DNA of 64,000 bases. It comes from a virus. A program made the translations under genes and the position numbers. Positions 47,226 through 57,346 of this stretch are shown here, in pieces. The stretch lies in IMG/VR virus record IMGVR_UViG_3300023238_000004; one strand, written 5' to 3'. The notes beneath the pieces were generated by a model, which saw only the letters and a program-made list of their open reading frames with translations, was not told where the DNA came from and did no database searches. Position 1 is the stretch's first letter; each line of letters opens with the position of its first letter.

Positions 47226-48256
47226 TAGTATAGCCCTCTTAGGTCTTTAAGGATTGTGCTTTTGATTTTATCTGGAGCCATTTGGGCTACGTCTCTTCTT
47301 GTGGGCACCTTAGGAAAGATAAGCCTAAACATTCTGTCGTACTTACGCTGAATCTTGATCTTGGCTTCTCTTCCAGGTTGGTCGTGGTCTGTCAACACCA
47401 CTAGCGTGGTGATACCCATTTCGTCTAGTAGGGTTTCATGCCTAGGTGATAGCTCTTTGCCTAGCATACTGATAGCATTGAACACACCACACTCGTGCAA
47501 CCTCCAAACGTTGCCCTGGCCCTCACTAAGAAAGGCACAGTTAGTCTCTCTTATCTTCTCAATGGCTCTGTGGTGATTGTAGAAGTAGTTTCTCTTGTTG
47601 AACCCAGGCTCAATTACAAACTTAGGATCAATATAGTCAAGGGTAGACCTACCAATAGCCCCAACTTGGACAGTACCATCTTTGTTATGGATAGGAATGA
47701 CGGCCCTATACTTCATAAGGCCGTTGACTTTGCAGTCTCCTACGCCAAAATGATCGATGGTGGCGGGCTCAAATCCACGATAAACGAAGTACTCCGAAGG
47801 AACCTGCGTTTCCCACTCCCTGCCGGGCTCGTCTGCGACTTCGTCGGTTGGTTTGTAGAACTTGTCGACCAAGCCAAAAAAGCTGTCAGGGGCCTCCTTG
47901 TGGATCTCTACGGTGTCGATGTCTCTGGTGTCTAAATTCAAGACTCTGAAACACCAACCTAGGGTCTCTCCAAAGCTAACCTCTTTTCCTTGCTTTTTAG
48001 AGAGCACTCCGCGAATAAGGCCAAAGATATCACAACTGTAGTCAGAGTGACATTCGTGAGTCCAGCACTTCCACATGTTCTTTTCAACACTATAAGTGAA
48101 AGCACTAGGATTATCACTATCATCATGGATAGGACAACAACCAATATAGCTACCGCCGTCCTGTTCAACTTCAAGCTCTAAGTTAGCAAAAACCATCTCT
48201 AGGTTTTTGTACATAACTGATTTAAGCTGATTCAGATCCGTTTGCTTCGATTTCAT
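47225..48256 (-). CDS. dnaG: DnaG-like DNA primase (CHC2 zinc finger + TOPRIM)
   Basis: CPIHDD...WKCWTHEC; FLSEGQGNV; LTDHDQPG. Confidence 0.88.
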   Translation of the reverse strand: MKSKQTDLNQLKSVMYKNLEMVFANLELEVEQDGGSYIGCCPIHDDSDNPSAFTYSVEKNMWKCWTHECHSDYSCDIFGLIRGVLSKKQGKEVSFGETLGWCFRVLNLDTRDIDTVEIHKEAPDSFFGLVDKFYKPTDEVADEPGREWETQVPSEYFVYRGFEPATIDHFGVGDCKVNGLMKYRAVIPIHNKDGTVQVGAIGRSTLDYIDPKFVIEPGFNKRNYFYNHHRAIEKIRETNCAFLSEGQGNVWRLHECGVFNAISMLGKELSPRHETLLDEMGITTLVVLTDHDQPGREAKIKIQRKYDRMFRLIFPKVPTRRDVAQMAPDKIKSTILKDLRGLY

Positions 48257-49679
48257 CTAGGTCGTCCTCATTTACAAGTCCTGTGTCGTTTTTGATTTCT
48301 ATGTGTGCGTCGTTCCTGGTTCCTATTTCCAAAAGCTTCGCTTGGTCACCAATCATGTTCATATTGATATAGTTACCATCGACTAGTCCTGGCCCATGCC
48401 TAGCGGCGAGAACGACAGCTTTACGGTTGCCATTCTTTGTCCCGTCTTGGGCTATCTCTTCCTCAGACTTGTTCTTGAAGATCGTACACGAAGTACAAAG
48501 CCAAACCAATCTGTCAGATCCACTAACCGCGTCGGTGCTTTCCTTACTGATACCATCCCTATTCAATTGAACGAAGGCTAGGCAGGGAATGTCAAGCTTG
48601 ACACATAGATCGTGTAGGGCCGTAATCTGGAAACCAAGCACTTGATACTCTTGAATGTTACCGCTGATACCCTCAGCCGACATCATCTTCAAGTAATCAA
48701 ACACCAATAGACAGTCATTTGTATTGCCCTCTTCATCTTGTCCAACTTCGTGCATCACCCATCGCTTAACGATGTTCAGGATACTACTAAAGGATTTACC
48801 AGCAACACTAACGTAGTGGTAGGGCAAAGCTTCTAGCTGTCGACCTGCGGCAATGACCTTTGACTTCATGTTTTGGTCTTCTGAGAACTTGCCCGTCTCA
48901 ATCATCTTAATAGGCACACCACTAAGGCTAGCCAAAATACGATTGATGTGATCCTCTTTGCTCATTTCCGTGTCGAGCATCAAGGTGGGTGTTCCATCTA
49001 GTGCTGCATTAACGGCGACGGCGTCACCAAACACAGACTTACCAGTCTTTGGTCTAGCGGCAATTAGGTTAACAGTCTTTCTTCTTAACCCGCCCCCGAT
49101 TGCTTCATCGTAGTGCTTGAAGTGTGTTGGGATACCAACTAGGTCGCAAGGGTTTTCTTCTAGGTAGGTTAGATGGTCCATGACCCCACTACCAAGTACG
49201 ATAGTCTTGTCAGTAGATTCACCTTGCCTCACAAACTCTTCAACGGGCCTCTCAAGGATATTGATAATCTCATCAATAGTCTCGCTACCGTTGATATTTG
49301 AGACTGTAGCCTTAATACTATCTGCCGTAACACAGATAGACCTCGCATACTCAAACTTCTTAACCTGAACGGCAAAGCTAAAAACATTGGCCTTGTTTAC
49401 GAAAAAGTTAGATAGCGACTTGATGTAGCTTAGTTCTTGTTCTGTCTGAATAACGTCAAGTAAGTTTAGACCTTCTGCGGCAGACAAGATTGCGGGCAAG
49501 TCTACTTGTTGTTCTGCTTCGATTACTCTCTTCAAACACTTATAGATCACTTGATTGCTAGTAGAAGCAAAGGAGTTTTCTGACAGAACGTCGTGTACCT
49601 CTACATAAGCCTCTGATCCGTACTGTAGAAGTCCAGCCAGTACGGCCCTCTCTGCACCATTGTCACATAAATTTTCCAT
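48222..49679 (-). CDS. dnaB: DnaB-like replicative helicase
   Basis: AERAVLAGLL, IAARPKTGKS, LDTEM, VFDYLK, VQLNR; likely start 49679. Confidence 0.9.
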   Translation of the reverse strand: MENLCDNGAERAVLAGLLQYGSEAYVEVHDVLSENSFASTSNQVIYKCLKRVIEAEQQVDLPAILSAAEGLNLLDVIQTEQELSYIKSLSNFFVNKANVFSFAVQVKKFEYARSICVTADSIKATVSNINGSETIDEIINILERPVEEFVRQGESTDKTIVLGSGVMDHLTYLEENPCDLVGIPTHFKHYDEAIGGGLRRKTVNLIAARPKTGKSVFGDAVAVNAALDGTPTLMLDTEMSKEDHINRILASLSGVPIKMIETGKFSEDQNMKSKVIAAGRQLEALPYHYVSVAGKSFSSILNIVKRWVMHEVGQDEEGNTNDCLLVFDYLKMMSAEGISGNIQEYQVLGFQITALHDLCVKLDIPCLAFVQLNRDGISKESTDAVSGSDRLVWLCTSCTIFKNKSEEEIAQDGTKNGNRKAVVLAARHGPGLVDGNYINMNMIGDQAKLLEIGTRNDAHIEIKNDTGLVNEDDLDEIEANGSESA

Positions 49680-49687
49680 ATTCTCTC

Positions 49688-50122
49688 CTATCTTCCACCG
49701 CCAACACAATTTTCACAACGGTAATAAGCCCTACTACTGGTCATCAAACCAGGAGAAATCTCTTTGGGCTGGTGACACACAGAGCAGTTTACCTTAATCA
49801 TCTCTACTTTCTTGCGAACACGAGGCATTGGGTCTTTCTTGATCTGTGTCTCTTCTTTTCTTTCTTCTCCAGCATCCACCCAAGTATTGCTACTGGCCTG
49901 GACTGGAACAGATTTTCTATCTTCCTTATCGTCTCTGTTGACGGTGAAGTCATCATTCACGATTCTTTTGGTCATCGCTGGCGGCTCTTCATACACTGGG
50001 CCAGTGTCTTCTGTTTTGTTAGACTTGGCGTCGACGGCTTGAAGTCTGGCAATCAGTTCCTTCATTTGGTCTTGCGTAAGAATATCAAGGACCACGTTTA
50101 TTAGTTCTTGTTTCGTTATCAT
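49688..50122 (-). CDS. Hypothetical protein with C-terminal CxxC...CxxC zinc ribbon
   Basis: CSVC...CENC. Confidence 0.6.
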   Translation of the reverse strand: MITKQELINVVLDILTQDQMKELIARLQAVDAKSNKTEDTGPVYEEPPAMTKRIVNDDFTVNRDDKEDRKSVPVQASSNTWVDAGEERKEETQIKKDPMPRVRKKVEMIKVNCSVCHQPKEISPGLMTSSRAYYRCENCVGGGR

Positions 50123-50595
50123 TTTCTTGACTTCTCCATTAGTACCTCTCCACGTTTCTTGATGTTGAGAGATTTAAGTTCTAAGATCTGATACTTAGAC
50201 TCAGCTATGAGTCGTAGCTCTTCGACCTTTTCGGCGTATATGTTTTCGCGAATCACAATTGGTTTCTTTGACTCGTGCTTAGTGTACTTGTCAAAGCCAG
50301 ACTCTTTCTCGTATTTGCTTACGATCTTTTCTAGCTGACTGTTGCACCAGTTGAGTATAACCCTTTGCTTGTTCGCACAATCCTGAATGTAAGAACAGTA
50401 TCCAAACAAAAAGTAGGCCCCATCGAGTAATTCTTTGGAGCCCATCCGTCTTAGGTCTTCTGCGGTTAGGTCCGCGTATGATTTATACTGTTCTTTGTAT
50501 GTCGAGTCTGTAAAGTGATTGCACTCAATAAACTCGTCAATTTGAACTAGATACTTGTCAAGTTCATCCTGGGCGTAATTGCTCTCTCCACTCAT
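50119..50595 (-). CDS. Helical/coiled-coil protein (possibly a UvsY-like recombination mediator)
   Basis: All-helical pattern close to recA; the UvsY resemblance is only suggestive. Confidence 0.4.
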   Translation of the reverse strand: MSGESNYAQDELDKYLVQIDEFIECNHFTDSTYKEQYKSYADLTAEDLRRMGSKELLDGAYFLFGYCSYIQDCANKQRVILNWCNSQLEKIVSKYEKESGFDKYTKHESKKPIVIRENIYAEKVEELRLIAESKYQILELKSLNIKKRGEVLMEKSRK

Positions 50596-50986
50596 CTTCT
50601 GCTCCTGAATACTTGAGTACGATTAGTTCGATGTCATTAAGTTCACACCAACGTGCCTTGTCTTCGTCTCTGTTTAAGCCTTGAAGAAAAGCAGCCTTGT
50701 TCTTATGAAAGAAGGGCGTGTACTCATAATGCTGCTGACCGTGAACCTCTATGGCTAGCCTTAAATTTGGTAGGAAGAAATCGAAGTACAACACTGATTT
50801 CTTTTCAGCTATGACGCTGCCTGGAAGCTTTACTTCTTCCAGAACAACGTAGCTGTGATAGATACTAGATATGATTTCTCTAGCTTTTAGATGGTACTTA
50901 GACCTGTTCTTAGTAACCGTGTTTGAAGTATTGTACTTAGCGAGGTTCCAACTGTATTCTCTACCGTTAAAACCTAGTACTCTCAT
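50564..50986 (-). CDS. Vsr/DUF559-like endonuclease
   Basis: LYFDFFLPNLRLAIEVHGQQH...RDEDKARWC. Confidence 0.75.
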   Translation of the reverse strand: MRVLGFNGREYSWNLAKYNTSNTVTKNRSKYHLKAREIISSIYHSYVVLEEVKLPGSVIAEKKSVLYFDFFLPNLRLAIEVHGQQHYEYTPFFHKNKAAFLQGLNRDEDKARWCELNDIELIVLKYSGAEDEWREQLRPG

Positions 50987-52086
50987 GCAAACAACTCATT
51001 CATTTTCTCGTTCATAACAGGAATGAACTCAGGATGATCTTGGAAGAATCCTTGCAGCTTAGCCATACCCTGGAATTTGAAGGCCTTGTCGATATTCTCT
51101 TGCTTAGAGGTATCAGTGCCCTTCTCTTCTAGGTACTTGGCAACCAACGGATGCTCTGGATCTTCTGATAGGGCACAAACTGTATACCAACCAGAGCCAG
51201 AGATTAACCTGTATTCACAAGCAGCTTCTAGCATTTCCTTTACATCGTCAATTCCAATGCCATATCTAAGCCATCCAACAACTTTAGTACCAGGGATAGC
51301 CCCAGTATTAGACGTTAGGACTTCCCAGTTTAGACACTGACCAATGTCAGACTCACCCTCTTTGCCCTTCCAAGGTGTCTTGAAATTGATAACAAGGTTT
51401 GTACCCACTTGGTATTGGAACATGTTGCCGCAGTCCGTCATCTTAGTCTTACGAGAAGGTCCGGTGTCTGCAATTTGGTGAGCAATACAAATCAGGATAA
51501 TTCCGTTCTTTGTAATGTAGTGACTAGAACGCTTAAAGAATTGAGCAAGCAGTCTTGGCAGGCTATTTCTAGTCTGTGCATTAAGCTTGTCTTCCATTTC
51601 GTTCTTTGGGACCAAACTAGATAGCGAGTCAATCAAGATTACGCAACCCGGCACAGTCTTACCATAACGCTCAGCAATGTCCAAGAACATTTCGCCAGTA
51701 ACGGCAACCTTGTCTGTAGATTCTACAATCTTCAAAGCTGCAACATCAAGACCCTTGACGCCATCGAAGTTCTGGCTGTTAAGTCTACCTTCACTGTTGA
51801 GGTAAACCACTAGCTTGCCCTTCGCTTGACACTTGGCCGCGAAGTTAAGGGCCGCTGTTGTCTTTCCAGTCTTAGGTGCCCCTGCGATACCTACTACTGT
51901 TCCTTCTCTGATGCCCCCGTTAAGTGCAGAGTCAAGGGCTGGAGAAACGCTAATGGTTTTTAGCTCTTGGATTTCTCCCAAGACTTCTGAACCACTCTTG
52001 ATAATGTCGCCGTACTCTTTCAATAGGGCGTTAGAAGTATCATCGTCAAACTTCTTCTTCTTTTCTACTGATGATTTTTTCGCCAT
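50983..52086 (-). CDS. recA: RecA/UvsX-like recombinase
   Basis: SPALDSALNGGI, GAPKTGKT Walker A, ILIDSLSSL. Confidence 0.88.
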   Translation of the reverse strand: MAKKSSVEKKKKFDDDTSNALLKEYGDIIKSGSEVLGEIQELKTISVSPALDSALNGGIREGTVVGIAGAPKTGKTTAALNFAAKCQAKGKLVVYLNSEGRLNSQNFDGVKGLDVAALKIVESTDKVAVTGEMFLDIAERYGKTVPGCVILIDSLSSLVPKNEMEDKLNAQTRNSLPRLLAQFFKRSSHYITKNGIILICIAHQIADTGPSRKTKMTDCGNMFQYQVGTNLVINFKTPWKGKEGESDIGQCLNWEVLTSNTGAIPGTKVVGWLRYGIGIDDVKEMLEAACEYRLISGSGWYTVCALSEDPEHPLVAKYLEEKGTDTSKQENIDKAFKFQGMAKLQGFFQDHPEFIPVMNEKMNELFA

Positions 52087-52588
52087 CTTTACCTCTTAGC
52101 TTGTTAAGTATAGAGCCCTTACCCGCAGGTCTAGCTTTTCTACGAACAGGATTGTCTTTTACTTCCAGTGTTTCTTCTTTTCTATTCTTCTCTTCTCTAA
52201 GAAGCCTTTCGTGATGCTTCTTAATGATGGGCTCAATAGGAGGGTTGATCTTCCAACCTCTGCCGTTTTGAAGACCAATGACTAAGTATCTATTGAAGTC
52301 GGGTGACTTGATGGCAGCTAGTACAGCTTCTTCGCTGTATCTTTTAGCAAGGGCTCTCGCCGCATTCATCTGCTTCATCCAAATCCAGTGATTAGGGTCG
52401 CCCTTGGTCCAGAATTTGTATCCTGGTTTCTCAAGGTTCATCCTCTCTGCCCTTCTAAGAACTAGATACTCTGCTACATAAGCCTCAAAAGTACAATGCT
52501 CACCCGTATGAATGTGCTTGTACTTGTACTTATCAGACTGCTCTTTCTGATACTCTTGATTGAACAGCTTCGGCTTTTCTTTAGCCAT
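52046..52588 (-). CDS. Hypothetical protein, 180 aa
   Basis: ORF track; basic. Confidence 0.6.
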   Translation of the reverse strand: MAKEKPKLFNQEYQKEQSDKYKYKHIHTGEHCTFEAYVAEYLVLRRAERMNLEKPGYKFWTKGDPNHWIWMKQMNAARALAKRYSEEAVLAAIKSPDFNRYLVIGLQNGRGWKINPPIEPIIKKHHERLLREEKNRKEETLEVKDNPVRRKARPAGKGSILNKLRGKDGEKIISRKEEEV

Positions 52589-52590
52589 TG

Positions 52591-52833
52591 TTAGTCCTTG
52601 TTTTTAGGTTCCCATTCCCATCCGTAAATCCAGTACATCTTCTTCTTACTCCACCACGAGGGCTCATAATAAAAAGCAACACGTAGGTTTTTTCTGTTGT
52701 ACCATCCGACCAGTTCTCTGTCTGCGTTGTTTGAACAAGCAAACCCCTTGTCGAAAAGGTGTACATCTTCAAAGGTCTTTTGATCTTCTACTGATAGGTA
52801 TTCTACCAAAATTTCTTCTACTTCCATATCCAC
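52591..52833 (-). CDS. Hypothetical protein, 80 aa
   Basis: ORF track; GAGG RBS. Confidence 0.5.
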   Translation of the reverse strand: MDMEVEEILVEYLSVEDQKTFEDVHLFDKGFACSNNADRELVGWYNRKNLRVAFYYEPSWWSKKKMYWIYGWEWEPKNKD

Positions 52834-53243
52834 ATAACCTCTCTAAAGCAGTTTTCAATACCGTCTTCAAATGAATCCATGACCTGAAAGGCGGGCAGTT
52901 GAATTGTTGTTTTTAATACCGAGTTGTTTAACACGGTTCCAATGGTCATCGTTTGTGTCGTTGCGACCCCAGGCGAACCCAGGGCTGACTTACTCAAATA
53001 CAAACCATCGCCCTCTACGGGCTGTCTGTATACACTAGACCTATACCTAAGGCCCACTTCTTTTACTTTCAATTGCCTTTCTTTGCCCCGCTCAATGATC
53101 TTGTACCAATCATCGAATTCGTTAAAGAAATAAAGAGAGTCATCAGACAGAGTAACGACGATCCAGACCTTAGTCTTATCTTTTCGATACTCTGCCTTCC
53201 ACTCTTCAAGGCTGCTTACAAGTCTGTGATCTTGACTGTGCAT
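52818..53243 (-). CDS. Hypothetical protein, 141 aa
   Basis: ORF track. Confidence 0.55.
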   Translation of the reverse strand: MHSQDHRLVSSLEEWKAEYRKDKTKVWIVVTLSDDSLYFFNEFDDWYKIIERGKERQLKVKEVGLRYRSSVYRQPVEGDGLYLSKSALGSPGVATTQTMTIGTVLNNSVLKTTIQLPAFQVMDSFEDGIENCFREVMWIWK

Positions 53244-53521
53244 CTTTTTTGCCTTCTTGTTGATCCAGAGCTTCTCTTAAAGTCGTCACCACGCATGGTA
53301 GCGGCCTCTGTTGCTACTACGGCTCCACCCTTCTCAGGGTCTCCGTACCTAGCGAACTGTCCACCAGCCTTTGTCTTCATGATCTTAACATGTTCCACGT
53401 AGGTGTTGACGGTTTCTTCTGATCTCTCCAAGAACGCAGAAATAGCTTTTACGCTCTTGTGCATCCAGTTCTCATCGATATAGAACTTGTCTGCCTTACT
53501 CAGTGGTCCTGGTTTAGCCAT
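53216..53521 (-). CDS. Small HTH-like protein, 101 aa
   Basis: SVKAISAFLERSEETVNTYV resembles an HTH. Confidence 0.5.
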   Translation of the reverse strand: MAKPGPLSKADKFYIDENWMHKSVKAISAFLERSEETVNTYVEHVKIMKTKAGGQFARYGDPEKGGAVVATEAATMRGDDFKRSSGSTRRQKRCTVKITDL

Positions 53522-54014
53522 TTAGGATACTCCTGTTTGCTCGCCAGTAGATAGGCTCTCTCTTGCTCTTTAGGAACTCAACATAGTCATTGAAGCAAGC
53601 TTCTGTGCATGTTTTGTAACTAAAGAAGTCCTTGAGGTTCTTATTTCTACGAGAAAAAGGACCAGCAGGGTTGTATAGGGAGCCATTATACAGGGCTAAC
53701 GAATACTTGATAGACTCTGACCCATCACTGTTAGTGGTTACGGTCTTCTTTGCGAAGTAGGGCTCGCTCTCTAGTACTTCTTTGGCATCAATTCCAAAGT
53801 AAAGAGTCCCCTGCTTTCTTTGCTCGCCCACTACAAAGTTCTTCTCTTCTTGTCGTAGGGTCACTTCGGCAGTTGAAGGTTGTTGTGGTGCTGGAGTCAA
53901 TTCTGGCTCCACAGTCTCCTTTGAATCTACAACAGGGCTTGGCCTTACAGGCTGTGCTGGTGTTGTAATTGCGTCAATAGAAGCTTCAACTGTCTTTTCT
54001 GTACTTTCTTGCAT
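53514..54014 (-). CDS. Hypothetical protein, 166 aa
   Basis: ORF track. Confidence 0.55.
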   Translation of the reverse strand: MQESTEKTVEASIDAITTPAQPVRPSPVVDSKETVEPELTPAPQQPSTAEVTLRQEEKNFVVGEQRKQGTLYFGIDAKEVLESEPYFAKKTVTTNSDGSESIKYSLALYNGSLYNPAGPFSRRNKNLKDFFSYKTCTEACFNDYVEFLKSKREPIYWRANRSILNG

Positions 54015-54739
54015 TAGTATTCTCCGTCGTCGTCGTAAAGGAAGGCGTCATCGTTATTATAGCCGGAATCGCCTTCGAGAGCCGATAAAACTCTGCCCAA
54101 AATGCCATTTCGTTGAATATCGCCGTAATTTAACTTGGACACGCCCACGCCCTTCACGCCCTCAAGACGCCCCATGCAAAAGGCTAGTCCACTCTGACCA
54201 TGTAAATCGGTCTGGTTCGTATCTCCATTGATAAGAACCTTTGTGTTTTCGCCCATACGGGTGATGAACATCTTGATCTGATCGGAAGTACAGTTCTGTG
54301 CTTCGTCAAGGATCATGTAGGCGTTGTTAAAGGTCGCCCCTCTCATCAATTCCAAAGGCTCATATCTAATAGAGCCCTCGTTCATGAATTTGCCGTAGTT
54401 AACTTTCTGTAGGAACCACTTTAGGTTCTCTTCCATGGGAGCAAGGTGAGGCATTACCTTTTCACTGACATTGCCAGGGAGGGCACCAAGTTCTCGACCA
54501 GTACAGACTAGGGGTCTGGTAACAATGATCTGATCTACCTCTCCAGTGTACAGCTTGTTAGCTGCCATACCAGAGGCGATATAGGATTTACCACTACCTG
54601 CGGGACCAGAACAAAAGATGATATCATTCTCGACAATTGTGCGAATGTAATCCTTTTGATTCTTAGACTTGGCAGATAAGCCACGAGGCTTTTGTGAAAC
54701 TTCCTTTTCTTGGTTTCTAGCTTTACGTCTTGTTGTCAT
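54014..54739 (-). CDS. phoH: PhoH-family ATPase
   Basis: GPAGSGKS, LGALPG, MRGATF, ILDEAQN, GDTNQTD. Confidence 0.93.
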   Translation of the reverse strand: MTTRRKARNQEKEVSQKPRGLSAKSKNQKDYIRTIVENDIIFCSGPAGSGKSYIASGMAANKLYTGEVDQIIVTRPLVCTGRELGALPGNVSEKVMPHLAPMEENLKWFLQKVNYGKFMNEGSIRYEPLELMRGATFNNAYMILDEAQNCTSDQIKMFITRMGENTKVLINGDTNQTDLHGQSGLAFCMGRLEGVKGVGVSKLNYGDIQRNGILGRVLSALEGDSGYNNDDAFLYDDDGEY

Positions 54740-54751
54740 GTTTACTCTCTG

Positions 54752-55321
54752 TTAGTGTCCACTTGAGCCGAACCCTTTTGCTCCACGATTGGAGTCAGAT
54801 AGGGCTTCCGCCTCGATCAATTTGAATCTTGGCACTCCCTGAATCAAGATCTGTGCGATCCTGTCTCCTTTCTCAACCTTGTATAGTGGCGTCCCTTCCT
54901 CTCTGTGTGCCATTTGAAGACACACTTTGATTTCTCCACGATAGCCGCTGTCAATGACGCCAGCAAGCACATCAATGCCGTGCTTAGCAGATAGGCCAGA
55001 ACGCGGCCAGATGAGCCCCACATAGCCCTCTGGGATCTCCATAGAGATATCGGTGCAAACTAGATTGGGGCCATCATACAGCACCACCTCTTTGCTTGCA
55101 TAGAGGTCAAAGCCTGCATCTGATTCATTTGCCTTAGTGGGCAAAGTTGCCGTATCTGACAGTTTAATGACTGCCAGTGGTGCGGGTTCAAACACTTTGT
55201 CTACAAACCCATCTATTTTCTTATTTGCCCCTTCAAGAAAGCTATCGATCATCCCGTTGGAGTCGATCTTTCCATTTTTAATGAATCCGTCAAACATTCC
55301 TGTGTGCATATTTCCTGACAT
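54752..55321 (-). CDS. dut: dUTPase (trimeric)
   Basis: AGFDL, PRSGLS, GVIDSGYRGEI, RIAQIL, RGAKGFGSSG. Confidence 0.95.
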   Translation of the reverse strand: MSGNMHTGMFDGFIKNGKIDSNGMIDSFLEGANKKIDGFVDKVFEPAPLAVIKLSDTATLPTKANESDAGFDLYASKEVVLYDGPNLVCTDISMEIPEGYVGLIWPRSGLSAKHGIDVLAGVIDSGYRGEIKVCLQMAHREEGTPLYKVEKGDRIAQILIQGVPRFKLIEAEALSDSNRGAKGFGSSGH

Positions 55322-55329
55322 ATTCTCTC

Positions 55330-55920
55330 CTACTTGTCGTCGTCTGTAAAGACTTCCAATGTGGCTTCGTAAATGTTAATAAGTTGTGGGCTCATGCCAA
55401 AACGTTTGGCGTTGTGTTTGATAGACTTTCTGATGTTACCATCGTTATGTCTTTCACTAGATGCCTTCCAGTCGCATAGCATTTCACTGTGGTCTAGCAA
55501 GCTCATGTTGTTGATGGAGCTTCTAAGGGAAGCAGCATAGTCTTTGAGTGTTGCTACCAACTCTGGCTGTGCTTCTTCATTTAATGTTTTAACATGCTCA
55601 TCCACTAGGTCTGCTTCTTTGCTGTCTACCGAGGGCCAGTGTTCTGGGTGGTGTCGGTTCTTAGCATAGTGGTGATCCAGTGCAGGACCAAGCTTAGCTT
55701 TGCTCTCGTCATATTCTGGACTCCCGAATGTAAGTTGACTAAGAAGGGGAGTCATTTCTGTGAACAACTCAACCTCTGGACTCTCTAGTTTACTCTGATC
55801 GTGCTTCTCACCTCTTCTTATTAAAGAGCACACGAACCTATTAAGGTAATTCCTTACAGTTTCGATGTGTCTAAAGGTATGAAAGCTTGCTGCTTCTTCC
55901 TCTTGTGTTAAATTAGACAT
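55330..55920 (-). CDS. HD-like His-rich protein (DUF5662-like)
   Basis: HIETV...HDQSKL...HHYAKNRHHPEH...EMLCDWKA; GGAG RBS supports a start at 55920. Confidence 0.6.
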   Translation of the reverse strand: MSNLTQEEEAASFHTFRHIETVRNYLNRFVCSLIRRGEKHDQSKLESPEVELFTEMTPLLSQLTFGSPEYDESKAKLGPALDHHYAKNRHHPEHWPSVDSKEADLVDEHVKTLNEEAQPELVATLKDYAASLRSSINNMSLLDHSEMLCDWKASSERHNDGNIRKSIKHNAKRFGMSPQLINIYEATLEVFTDDDK

Positions 55921-56076
55921 AACTTCTCCTAAGATAGTCTTCCGTCTTGACAGAACCCGGCTAGAGTCTCGCAAGTCAAACTCGACATTTGTTATATTGT
56001 AGCTAGTTGAGCGACTTTTGAACCGATAATTCTCGGTTTTTTTTCAAAATAATTTTATGGAAGCTTGTTAGTGGAC

Positions 56077-56119
56077 AAAAAAAGGGGCTCGGTGTCGCTT
56101 TAGACACCAAGACCCCTTT
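56077..56119 (-). terminator. Intrinsic terminator
   Basis: GGGG.TC.GGTGTC/GACACC.GA.CCCC stem with an A7 tract on the + strand (U-tract on -), just downstream of 56135-56659. Confidence 0.75.
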
Positions 56120-56134
56120 CTCAATTCAAATAGA

Positions 56135-56659
56135 TTAAACAGTGGTTTCTTCGTCGCCTTCTGGGGCTGTCACGTCTTCAACTACTGGTACAACATCGGT
56201 CTCTTCACCTAAGTTGTCAAGTTCACCTCCTTCGACAACCTCAACAGGCTCTTCATCTTTAACAGTTACAATCTCAAGAACTTCAATCCCAACAAACGAC
56301 GCAGGGGCCGGTGCTGTTAGATCTCCAACTTGATAAGAAGCAGATACAGGATCGCTATCGAACACACCATCATTAGCAATCACTGTTTCCGTAATGCTTG
56401 TATTCTCAGGAACCTCAACTACAACTTCTGTCTCAGCAAAAGAAACTGTCTGCTCTAAGACCGTCTCTTGAGTACTCTCGTTAATCACAATGACGCTGTA
56501 CTCAACAACATCGCTAGATGGGGACTTACCCCAATAAACTCTCAACTTTGCTTTCTTCATAGAACAACTCCATAAGTAAATGCCCACAACATGAGGGGGC
56601 TTGGGAGGGAACAACCCCTCGACTAAGTGCCGAGCTAGGTATCTTATTCGTCTAAACAT
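56135..56659 (-). CDS. Acidic protein with a fibronectin-III/Ig-like beta pattern
   Basis: LRVYWGKSPSSDVVEYSV...TVIANDGVFDSDP... Confidence 0.5.
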   Translation of the reverse strand: MFRRIRYLARHLVEGLFPPKPPHVVGIYLWSCSMKKAKLRVYWGKSPSSDVVEYSVIVINESTQETVLEQTVSFAETEVVVEVPENTSITETVIANDGVFDSDPVSASYQVGDLTAPAPASFVGIEVLEIVTVKDEEPVEVVEGGELDNLGEETDVVPVVEDVTAPEGDEETTV

Positions 56660-56661
56660 GC

Positions 56662-57096
56662 TTACCTCTTAAAGAGAGACAATAACATAACGTATACAAC
56701 GCCAACAATAGAACCAGAAATCCACAAGTTGGCATTTAGGTTTGAATCTTTTTTAAGTTCAGTGTAGGACTTTAAGTGACAATATGCGGCAAGAATACCA
56801 CAAACTTGTCTAAAGAATATGTTAAACACAACGCCCATGTGGGCGATAGTTGGGTCTAGTTCTTGTCCTGATAGATAGGTGTGAGACCACGCAAATCCCC
56901 AGTACAGGTTGTTTACAACGCTTCCTAGGAAGGCGATAACAACGCCGATAATCAACCACTCCATAGGGTTACTTGGGCCTGCCTTAAATACTCTTAGTGC
57001 CTCTTTGCCCCAAATACACAACACCGCAACGGCAAACACCACAGTTGGAACGGTTAGGGCAAGAGAGATTAGTGCTGATATGTCATTAAACATCAA
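56662..57096 (-). CDS. Multi-pass membrane protein, 144 aa
   Basis: About four hydrophobic segments. Confidence 0.65.
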   Translation of the reverse strand: MMFNDISALISLALTVPTVVFAVAVLCIWGKEALRVFKAGPSNPMEWLIIGVVIAFLGSVVNNLYWGFAWSHTYLSGQELDPTIAHMGVVFNIFFRQVCGILAAYCHLKSYTELKKDSNLNANLWISGSIVGVVYVMLLSLFKR

Positions 57097-57346
57097 GTTT
57101 TTCTCCAGATAGTATCTCTAGTGTTCGTTTGTGTAGGTCTCGAATGCTACCTAAATTTTCCGCAGAGACTTCCATAAATCTATCTGTCACCTCCCTAGTC
57201 GTTTGACACTGCTCTTTGCAACTTTCTTCGTATGAAGACATTAAGGTTTGTACCGCCTTGGTCTTTTTTTGCTCGCCTTTATGAAGGACGTATACGGAAA
57301 AGAGCACTATTCCAACCATAATCACCACAGAAATCAATAATTCCAT
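57086..57346 (-). CDS. Single-pass membrane protein with coiled-coil tail (holin-like?)
   Basis: N-terminal TM helix, charged C-terminus. Confidence 0.55.
   Translation of the reverse strand: MELLISVVIMVGIVLFSVYVLHKGEQKKTKAVQTLMSSYEESCKEQCQTTREVTDRFMEVSAENLGSIRDLHKRTLEILSGEKLDV

Noticed and set aside
46723-55920. 2-aminoadenine (Z-genome) pathway suggested by MazG plus an HD-like protein
   Set aside because: No PurZ/adenylosuccinate synthetase homolog in the window, and the MazG looks generic.
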